DNA of 63,998 nt, the filler included, from Piptocephalis cylindrospora (lineage: Eukaryota), in assembly GCA_003614145.1 (NCBI GenBank). It is 6 parts of 6 records of this genome, joined end to end, with 100 filler letters (N's around TTAATTAATTAA, not from the genome) between each part and the next. Parts side by side here need not be neighbours in the genome. Positions count along the whole stretch, not along the records: positions 21,893 to 32,716 come from KZ988019.1; positions 32,817 to 43,640 come from KZ988020.1; 4 more parts are not named here. One strand, written 5' to 3'. Under the pieces are notes generated by a model. That model saw nothing but the letters and a program-made list of their open reading frames with translations, did no database searches and was not told the DNA's origin. This document shows, in pieces, positions 26,381 through 37,100 of this stretch; position 1 is the stretch's first letter; the number at the start of each line of letters is the position of its first letter. A program made the translations under genes and the position numbers.

Positions 26381-29300
26381 ATGCACTATTTCTCTCTGAA
26401 AGGGATTGAGGCTATAAAAACGACTCTTCTCCTACTCTGCTTGGTTCATCTGGTATGCCTCTCAAGCCCCTCTTTGGCCGTCCCCACAATGACGACCCAC
26501 CCTATCTCAAGAGGGGCTTCGAACAACCATCTCTCAGGTAATGAGGTCGAATTGGTGAAGCGGATGCCTAGCTGGAGAGAATACTGATTACATCATGACC
26601 TTTCCTCTGAACCCTTCCCCTTGCCGGATAAATGACATGCTTCTGTCTCCACTTTTTCTAGTCAACAAGGCCAATATTCCTCCTCCTACTCCTCATGCAC
26701 CGCTCACGAAGAATAAAAGCTTTCCTGAAGGTCAGAAGCATAGAGTTTCATGGGATTCATCCCGCTCATAGTGTCATCCCCCTAACAACAGCACTAACTC
26801 GCTCTATTTCTGTCCCAATGATGTCCATTTCATTCATGCTCATTTTACATACGCACGCACTTTATTGCCTTTCAGGCGTAGTAAGTAATTTGTCTCTTTT
26901 ATCTCGGAACAAGTATCTACGGAATGCTCATCTCTCCCTTGATACCTTGGTATCCCATCCTTAGAACCACAAGAAGGTAGAAGCACCAGGTATGCATCGA
27001 AAAAGCCCATATTTTATAGTACATCCAGATGATATTCCCCACTCTTCAATCCTCATCCTCATTTCTTCTCGTACCATGCAGTAAAAGTAGCAATCAAGAA
27101 GAATCAAGCACAGTCTATTCAAAACACAGGGTCTGACCATGCTGGCCCATCGGTACGTAACCTTGGGCATTTGGAAATGATTTAGAAAGAGGCGCTAGTC
27201 AAGGATAATGGGGGGCCTGTGTAGAGATAGCTACGTCTATTTTGTCTATCAATTGTTTACTAATATGCATTATCACCTTTTTACTCTATATGACAGAAGG
27301 CACCACAAAAGGTAATATGAATACTACTATAGGTTGAAAATGCCATAGATGGGCCATCTTTTTCGATTTGTGATATGGTTCTTACTTTGTCTCTCCTCCG
27401 CTTTGCTTCATATTATGTCCATCGCTAACCCCTAGAGTGCCCAAGAGGTATGTGGGTCGATATGTGGATTGGGTGAGTGGAAGTGTACTAAATCTAACCA
27501 GCCATGCACTATCCGACGACCCGACAATCATCCCTTCCATTCCCTAGGAATACGACTCTCTTGATACATTTCTTCGAGGCTTTGAGGTACATACCGATGA
27601 AGGGATCTAATCCTATCGTGATCTGTGCCTAGCCACATTTTGCTAATCAGCTAATTATCCCAATTCGTACACTTACCTTATTCGTAGGACCTTCCTATGA
27701 AACAAAAAAGAAAGACCGATAAAGGAACACGGCAGGTAATTTTGGCAGGGTGAGGGTGGCTTAGTTTACGCTATTGGGGCGATAGGATACGTTCCCTTGA
27801 TGCACTTACTCTTTACTTTCTAGAGAATTACGAATGTGGATGATCAACGTTTTAAGCGTGTAAGTTTGGAGCTGAGAAGAGGATGAAAGAGTATATTCGA
27901 TCTGATTGCCTCTTTTGGCATCATTGGTCATCCTTCTCGTCACCCTTTAAACTTGCATTCTGGTGTATGATTAGAAATTATTTTCCGCTTGGAATGCCGT
28001 TAGAAACTCTAACAAGGAAAAGCTTTCCGTCGAGGTAAGTAGGAAGGAGGTGTGTCTTTGGAAATTCTCGTCGGCAAAGGAAAGTGTACTGAGCTGATTT
28101 TGGTATCTCCTCATCTCCCATTCCCTCCCTCCCATGTGGTCCTCCCACAGACACTGGAGAAACTGGAGGGGCAGATACGTGATGCTTACAAGAGGTTTAT
28201 CGTTCTCAAGGTAAGGTATTTCTTTGGCTCCTTGATCCACGGAGGGGAGGAGGGAGACCAGCTCCTTAGCGAAAGGGCTATTCATCCTTTTGAACGTTGA
28301 GAAAAAGGCAAAACCCAGACGATCATTCAACCTTCCCGTTATTTCTCTTGCGTCTCTAACCACTGTTTCTCTACACATTAATCATGGGATAATCATGGAA
28401 TAGGTCGAACAGAATAGTGAGGTGCCATTCTCTACCCTTATGCCGGACGGAGTAACTGGTAAAACGGTACGTAAACTATGGCTCATTACATTTGGCTCCT
28501 TTCGTCTGAAAGGAGATTGTGTTAAGGGAGATATCTCATGATCTCAGCCTTGCTGTTGTAATTTACTCCTTTTGGGTCATATTAGACCGAAAATCCAAGT
28601 GCACTTTTTGAAGAGGGAAAGCGGGTTAAATTGGTAAGTTCACTTCCCCCCAATTGCATGCCCTTTGCCTTTAATCAACATCTTACTCTAGCAGCAAGTC
28701 TCTTCGCTATTAATGATCAGTTCATTTTCCCGTACCGCTATATATAGACCCTTGAGGATATTGACACGGAAATTTCGGATATCAAGGTAAGAGGACGCCC
28801 TACTACCACCATCTTTATTCACCCCTTATTCACCTTTTATTCACCCCCACCTCTTTCTCTTTCATAAAGATTTCTTCTCGTAGCACCCTGTTCACGGTAA
28901 GATAGGGCCCGCCCCTTTTCCTCTCGGAGACACAATTATGACCTTGGTCACTGACCAAACCTTTTTTCTTGTATTAGAGCGCGGATGATCAGGTGGAGTT
29001 TGCTAAATGGGTAAGGATAAACTAATGTGGGATGCATCAAGTAACTTAGGGTCTCCTTGAAAGACACAAAGTCCTCATTCCATCACTATTTCCTCCTGAT
29101 TTAGAAATATTCCACAATCGAAGGCGCTTCCGAAGGAATTGCTAGCAACCCTCTAACCAATGTAAGCCGTAGCGAGGGGAAAGAGGATATAAAAGGCCTT
29201 TTGGATTTGTCATCCATTTTGACACTCACCTTTCGATCCTACGTCAGCCCCAAACATTTCCCTGGACGGACAAGAACTATGTAACTAACCTGGTGGATTA

Positions 29301-30261
29301 TTCCTCGAGGATCAAGTCATCGCTTGACACAATGCCCGATATGACGAGAGTGGCGAAACTTGATAAAAAAGCAAAGGTACGCCTCTCTCCCCTATCTTCC
29401 CACTCTGTCCTCTCCCGTCAAGAATTTATGTCTGTAGGATGAAGCAATATGTGAAGTGGCCTAGTGAAGGATTTTAAATCTCCAAGGCCTGCTCCCTTTG
29501 GCGTGGCTTTATTATCCCCTTCTCACCTTTTATTTCTTATGCTTAATTAGAACGACGACGTCAGCTCATCCCGTTCATCCAGTGAAACCTCCATCGCACC
29601 TATCCGCGCTGAGATGCCGAGCAATATCCAGACCAATACCATCCGACCAGCCGTCAAAACCGGGAGCACTTCTCGTAAGCATACGCCCATCCCAGATTGC
29701 AAGCCGAAGTTTGGGCTCGAAAGCATTCCCGAGGAAGGTCCGGCTCTAAGTTTCCAACGGATAAATATACCCAAGAGCAACCAAGTTCCGAGTTCGCGAC
29801 AGAAGGGTACTTTCCTTCCCCAGGACTTTAAGGGCCTTTCTTCGTTCGTCCGTTCATCGCGTCATCCATCCAACTCGGTACCGATGATCACTTTGCGAAT
29901 GGATGGCCTGAAAAAAAAGCTTCAGGGAGTCTTTAGATCCTCTAAGCCCTCAGGAACCAGTACCCGTCGAGCATACGAATCACTTTCGACAATGGTGGGC
30001 CATGTGCCCATCGTCTTTTTCCGGAACCATTATCTTCCCAAGTTCATTAAAGGAGAACAAAGAAGCAAGTGGGGGGGGGGGGGGAAGGACCGTATTCCCC
30101 CCCGCCGGACGCGTGTTCTCCTCAGGAGAGAGCATTGGGGCTTCATTGCAGGGCCGGACCCTGTTGGCTGTACCTTTTACGAAATACAGGTGATTTCGTG
30201 TTGGTCTCTCACTTGGCCGTTCGTTTCTCCAAGACCGGGACGATTGTTGCACTTTCCATGA
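26381..30261 (+). CDS. Secreted protein of unknown function encoded by ~20 mostly tiny exons (~567 aa; 3' end uncertain)
   Basis: Exons 26381-26537, 26662-26730, 26876-26880, 26965-26989, 27082-27152, 27297-27311, 27436-27447, 27548-27586, 27688-27735, 27824-27859, 27975-28034, 28151-28210, 28404-28466, 28586-28633, 28748-28786, 28870-28896, 28978-29010, 29105-29161, 29248-29376, 29551-30261. All introns are GT-AG and the exons join into one stop-free frame with an N-terminal signal peptide. Confidence 0.8.
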
Positions 30262-32451
30262 TATTTACTCCTTGCATTCACGCAGCTTGACAGTTTCACA
30301 CAGCGTTATGCATAACACATTATCTGTCAGAGATTTAGGACTATGACTCCTTGCGGTTGCAAATGTGGAGTAGTCGGTGCCCGCACATCGAAAGCGTAAT
30401 GTCTTCCGAGGATATGGGGTATAAGAAGCACATGTGTATATGCGGTACGCCCTGATCCTTCCTGTTCAATCAACATACTCTCGGGTATCCGTTGCGTACC
30501 TTCATGATGCACTCCTTTCTCTGGTCAATAGTGGCCGCACAATACCGAGGGCCATGGGAGTAAAGCGCCCTAGCCTGTCTCCTCTAGGGATAGAGAGCAG
30601 TCGTGAAACGGTTTGGATAGAGAAATGAGAAGCAGTATGGAACGATGATCCAACGCCACAAAAGGGACCCATTGCTTTCTAATCCCCTATGCATAGACCT
30701 CTGATGATAAAACCATTTTATTCTCCCCAGTGGGGTAGGCAGATGGGCATCCGAACACAGTGTCCCCTATGCATAGGCCTCTTCCGTATACACCCTCCTC
30801 TATGCATTTGAAATCAGTCTTTTCAGACGAATGAAACTACCCCTTTTTTCAACATCTCCATATAATCGATCCCATGACCCTAAAGACGTGCGTGAGTTTC
30901 AGACGTTTTCATGCTCGCTTGATGGTCGCTCTATACCTCTATACCTAGATGAAATCAAGGGAAAAGGTCGTCAAATACCTCTTTTGTCCTAGAAAAGGAG
31001 TGCTTTTAGCCTGTTTGAGAAAGAGATGATATGACTTTCCCCGCCGATGACCTGTTGCTTTGTCCGTATACGCTCACTGACAACACTATATGCATGTCCT
31101 GGCCACTTTAATAGACATTCGGTTCTAAAACTTGCATTTGCTAGCCACAGCAGCATATCCCTGGGTCGTATGCCACTGGAGTTGGATAATACCAAGACTA
31201 GCATTCTACCATTCCCTGAGAGCGATGTTAGATAAAACCGCTTTGAAACTCCGATGACTTGTTCCCTGATCCAGGGTCACTACCCTATAAGGCTTCAGAA
31301 GGACAGTTACAGAGCATCGCCACCGTGCCAGATAGTCGATACTCCTCATTAGATGAACCTTGGTGAATGGCCCTAAGGGATAGGTAAAGTATGTACACCC
31401 TCACAAGGTATCGTTGGCTTTGGGTGGTGTGAAAGGAGGGTTTTTGACGATGTGAAAGAGGGGACCCTGAAACACAGTCAACAGTAAGTATCAGGGAGAG
31501 AGAAGGGAACGAGCCAGCGATTCTCATTCGAAGTGGCGGGGGGTGCTGCATCAGTCGTGATGGGAAAAGAAGACTGTACCACTATAGTTCACCAATAAGA
31601 TTTGGTAGAGTCCCTTTTCTTCTCGCCTTCCGACCCACCAAGGTGAGGCAAGACAGCTGTTTCAATACTCTCCGAAGCTCTTATCTGTTATGGGAAAACC
31701 CAGTCGCTAGTCAATCTCTCTATAGCCTCCTCATAAACTCACCTTTCCTCAGCAATACCATATTACCCCTTTGGATCACACGCTGTGGTAGTTTCCGTGA
31801 GACAGCAGCCATAATTTCCAGCTCCGAAAGGTCCGCAGTGACCCCTGTGCGGAGTTTAGTGGCGCGGCCCAGCGGGAAAGGTCCCTTTCACCATCCTATT
31901 TGATACTCCGCGACCAGAATTATTCAGAGCCCACTTCTTCAGTTCTCCGTCCCACCAAGTACAGGAGGCGAGAGACCCCGACGACTAATTCATTGAGCAT
32001 AAAAGGGCCACCACGGCACATCTCACGGAACTCATCTCATCATCCCCTCTTTCTATCCATCCGCCCACCCTCCTTTCTTGCTCTCCCTCTTTCCTCGCTC
32101 CTTGCTTTCTTTTCCACCTTACTCCTCCCTCCCCTTCTCCCCCCTCCTGCTGCTGTGCATTGCCTGGTGCAACTCCCTCCAGCTTTCAACACCCCTGCTC
32201 ACATCCTGTCGCGAGCCCTTTCTTACACCACTCCTCCCCCCCTCTTTCTCATCTTTGTGCTGGTCACTCCTAAATTCCACAGTCTCGCACCGCTTCTTTG
32301 GTCTTCTCCTCGCTTCTGCCCATTGCACCACCTCCGTATCGTCTTTTGAGATTGACTTTGAGCAACCTCTCACCCGATCCCAACCATCAATCCCTTTCTA
32401 TCATCCAATCTCGTCTGGTCCGGCCTCACACGTCTCCTTTCAGTTGTCACC

Positions 32452-32716
32452 ATGAAGGTCACCGCTCTCATCTTCGTCGTGGCCTGCTTGGCCGCCCATC
32501 CTATTGTTGCCCCTTCTCCGGGACATGGTGAGTACATCTTTATTTCCCATGCAGATGACCTGTGCGGATACAATATCATGACGTGAATAGGGGATAAAAG
32601 TAAATTAGCAGGTTCACTTACGGCCTATCCTCTGTTCATAGCTTCAGTCCCTGGTGGAGGCGCCAAACCAGTGGTAGTCCACCCAGGTGAGTACACTACC
32701 TTTTTTCACATTAATG
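32452..32716 (+). CDS. 5' part of a small-exon secreted protein, truncated by contig end
   Basis: MKVTALIFVVACLAAHPIVAPSPGH (32452-32527, GTGAGT donor), then a 45-nt exon 32642-32686 (ASVPGGGAKPVVVHP, GTGAGT donor). Confidence 0.7.
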
Positions 32717-34180
32717 NNNNNNNNNNNNNNNNNNNNNNNNNNNNNNNNNNNNNNNNNNNNTTAATTAATTAANNNNNNNNNNNNNNNNNNNNNNNNNNNN
32801 NNNNNNNNNNNNNNNNACCCTCAGTCCTGGTGCCCTTGGGAGGGGGCGTAGCCAGATCCTCCTTGAGGGGAAGTAATTGTCTGGCTGGCTCCCTTGGGTT
32901 CGGGGGTCGAGGAGGTAGCGTGACTACGGGTGTGACGAGCTGGGGGGGGGGGGGGGGGAAGGGAAGGGGGGGGAGAGGGGGGGGGACGAGGAGAGGGGGG
33001 GGGGGAGGGGGGGGGAGGGGGGGAAGGGGGAGGGGGGGGGAGAGGGAGGGGGGGGGGGGGGGGGGGGGGAAGAGTGAGTGAGGGTTTGGAGGTGGGAAAG
33101 GGGTAGAGGCGCAAGGAAAGAAGAAAGAGTGTATTCCTGGGGTATGAGGGATGGATGATAACTAGACGAGGCGACTAGGGGAGCGTAGAGAAGAGAAAGG
33201 GACCGCAAGGCAGCGTGTGGATCGAGTATGAAGAGCAATGGGAAGGGCTTGGGCGGAGCGAAGCAGACAGATGCTAAAACTCGTCCCCCCTCTCCTCTCT
33301 CCACTATCGCTCTATTACTACAGTCGTCAAGCGCATAGACGGGGGAGTTAGAGAGATCTGATGAGGGGAAAGAGGGACCGTTGAACTCCTATAGTTTAAT
33401 AGCACCCACTCACCACTCACAGAAAGGGGGCGGAGTGGGCTGAGAATAGAAGGCCCTCAAGCGGGATAGCCTGCTTGCCTGAGAAGAGTGCGGGGGCCCT
33501 CTAGGTCCATTGGCTCCACAGAATGCCACAGTGGCGGAGGCCAAGGCCAATGGGAAGGGCGTTTCTTAGCATGAAAACAGAGTAGTCTGGCAATCTCATC
33601 AGGGTCGCCTGGCCTGCCTCATAATGATGAAGGGAATCAGATTACTTTGAGTATGTGATGGAAATGGCCAGGTTAAGTTTAGCTGAGTTATATTTTTTCA
33701 AGGCGGGAAAAGCATGACGCGAAATACTAATAACAACCTAGAAGAAAAATATATATATTGGGAAATTCAGAAAGTACTTTAAAACATAAGTGTTCTAGAC
33801 GGCATGAATGAATGGATATCGGCAATGACATGCCATTCATAGTATTAGTATTATTGAGATATAGACATGCTACATCATTCACTCCTTTGATCAGTTAAAG
33901 AAATGAGCGTGCCATCCTTTGAAGCGACCGATGGGCTGGAACGAGATGGATAGGAGTGATACAGCTGAGTTGTAGTAGCAAACAGCGAAATGTATTGGGA
34001 TACAGCTGAGTTGTAAAAATGTCTCCTGAAGCCTCAAGGAAGTAAATTTGACGATATCCGTTCAAATTTCATATTTGACATGAGAGCTAGGAGACGCACA
34101 GCCGGGCGGAGAGTGAGTTAGTCATAGTGAGTCGATTCTACCCACTGATACTACACACCACTCAGCGGGGTCAGCCCTGC

Positions 34181-37100
34181 ATGGCCCTTGCCGAAAGACC
34201 AGTCCACACGCGTCTCCCCCCATCTGAAGAAACAACAAAGCACCTCTTTCCTCATTCCTTTCCCTCAAGAAACCTTAGATACACCATGGAATGGACATCC
34301 ACGCCACCTGGTCATGAAGAACCTCGAGTATGGACCGGGCCGAGTGGCATCTCCGTGGGGAAGAAAGGGCATCACTGTCTAACTCACCAGCCCTGGTTAC
34401 TCCTCGATGTAGATCCTCAAGGATGTTGATAAAGCTCTAGATCCGGAGCATCCCACAACCAACCAAGAAAGAATCGCCCTCATCAGCAAGGCTCTCGCAG
34501 GTAAGACTGGTTAGCAAGAAGCTCTCACCTCTTCCTCCCACCCATCTCACTCCAGCCCCTTTAATCAGATGCTTCGGAAAGCTATAAAGATGAGAAATGC
34601 CTTTCAGTCCAGGCGCAAATCTTGGACAGATCCATTGAATGGTACACGCTTCCTCGTTTAGTTGACTCACAGGAGCCTCTTTTAAGCTATTCCTCTAAAT
34701 CCCAACTAATCCTAGCTATTCTCTAAACCCATCTCTTTCACTCCCTTCTTAGGATGTTGGATCCAGAACGAGGAGAGGCCAACGAATGTGTAAAGGGCTT
34801 GGGAGAGATGCTCATGCTCAAGGTAATTTCCTCTTCCATCCCCCCTCCCCCTCCTCGTCATCGCTCACTCAACTCTTATCATCGCTAGAGCGTGGATCTT
34901 CCCGGGCCTCTCCTAGCTCACACCGCTGATCAGATCATTGACCGAATCCGTCAGAGCTCCCGTATCCCTTTTAACCAAAAGGCGCTCTTTGATATCCTGG
35001 GGAAGTATTTACAGCGTCTTCCTCAACACGCCCTTCTCCCGGCTGCCATCGCTGGGAGTCAGGGTGCCATGGGCATCCAGGCCCGTAGTGGCCAAGACGT
35101 CCTCAATGATCGTATTCTCGCCCTCTCCGAATGCATATGGCATCCTTCATGGATCATCACGCTTTTAGAGATGATCCGTGATCTATCTCTACAACCCACC
35201 CAGCTCACCATCTTTATATCCAAAGGGATACGGTGAGTCAAAGAGAGAGGCAAATCCCCTGATTCTTTTCTAAACCGGCCATTTAGATCATTATCCTCTG
35301 TTGAACTTGAAAGCGCCCCCAAGCTGATTTACCAATTACTTCTTTTAAGTAGAAAGGTACTAATGATATGGAGGCATGTTAACACCATAAAGAAGGAGGA
35401 TACTGACCAACAATTACCCCTCCTTTCCCTAATACGCGGATAGACGGATCAAATAAACGTCCTTTCCGCAACCCTTTCTTTCCTTGCAGCCTTGGATGAT
35501 AAAGAACCCTCGGATTTTTCCCCCGACAGGATCACCCAGACGGAGAACAGTATTTTCCTTTACGTGGGATACGCCATGCGACTTGATCAGGTACGGAAGA
35601 GATGCATCTTTTTCTTCACAATTTCTCCCATAACGTATGCTTAACCTTACCCCTTCCATTTCTTCTTCATTATAGAAACTGGGCGGATCATTTCTGAAAT
35701 GGATCAAGGCCACTCGCACCTCCGAGCTTTCCCCCCATTCTCTTGCTATCCTCCTCATGATCAGTGAGGTCGTCCGGTATCAAGATGCAGTATGTCTAAT
35801 CCCTATTGCCATCATATTCATCTCTCCTCTCATCAATCAGCTCATCTCCCTTTTTTCTCATCGTAGGCCTGGGACCTTATTCGATCACAGCTCATCCTAG
35901 CCGTCAAGGATACGCGGAGAGTTCAGGGAGTAGAATGGATGAAGAGTAAGGGGCATAAGATTTGCAATAAGGATGGCTTGGTTCTATTATGCGTCATCTC
36001 ATCTTATTCCTCCCCCTTTCTATTAGATCATCGAATACTTCAACCCCCCGATGCTAATCATATCCTTCTCTTTTCCATTGGCCGTATCTGTCGTGGCTGG
36101 GAGCAGCTGGCCCCTCCTCTTCTTCGTCTTCTCTTTCTCCTCTTGGATGCGCCCCCAAAGGGCAGAATTGGGGCTTCCCCGCTTCACCCTACCTCCCCTG
36201 CTAATATCATCGGCCCACACGGATCATTGATGGCATGGGCTACCGGGTATCATCCAGAACTTCCCCCTTGTCATTACCAACTACGTCTTCAGGCCATTCA
36301 AGGCATTATTCAGCTCTTCCAGGTATGTGCACCCCCAAGTCATCACGAAACGGCCCCCCATCCCCATCCATCTACATATCCTTACTCTCCCCTCTTCTTT
36401 AGGAAAATGTTCATATGCGCGCCGATATCCTACTTCAATGTTCTGCTCACTTAACTACACCCACCCCCATTTCCATGGGTATTCTTGAGGCGCTCGACAT
36501 CCTATCTACCACTGCCCCTGATACTCTATTCCAGCATGCTAATCAGGTATCTTTCAAGGGTCAAAGGAAAGGATATAATGTCCTGACTATCATTAAATAA
36601 CAGCTCTTTTCCTCCATAGTTCGAGTCCCTCATGGATATTTTGCCCTTTCAATCCGTCCTTTCTGGAAAGGTCCTCGTCCGCATCTTGGGCCGGCTGGCC
36701 ATGCATGATTTATCCTTTCGGGGGAGCTTGATCATTGTTCTTCAAAAGGGTCTTCTATCGCGCGAGGAGGGTTTACGACAGATTTCTTCTCATGGCCTTC
36801 TCTTTCTCGTTGGATCTCATCCCCCATCCGCCACCATCTCCTCAGTGATTGAGGATAGTACCCGTGTGGAACTTTTACGTAGGTCCTTGATTCCCGATGT
36901 GGGCCCTCTATAGTTTTTAATCCCTCAATCCCTCGTTCATGTACAGGGAAAGTGGGTTCAGCCATGCAACAGGACGATAAAGTTTGCGAGTCCTCCCTTA
37001 TTGATATGCTTTCTGGACCTTGCAAAGTCCATCCCGAGGAAGTGGCTCGACTTGTCCTTGGGCTTGTCTCTCCCATTCTCGAGCCGGTGGATGAAGGAAA

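Noticed and set aside
27971..28378. 135-aa minus-strand ORF
   Set aside because: Antisense to well-supported plus-strand exons and has no motifs.
32941..33070. G-rich tract and poly-Pro/Gly ORFs, possible G-quadruplex (also 21975-22014)
   Set aside because: Low-complexity sequence at contig ends, probably poor consensus; the ORFs are compositional.
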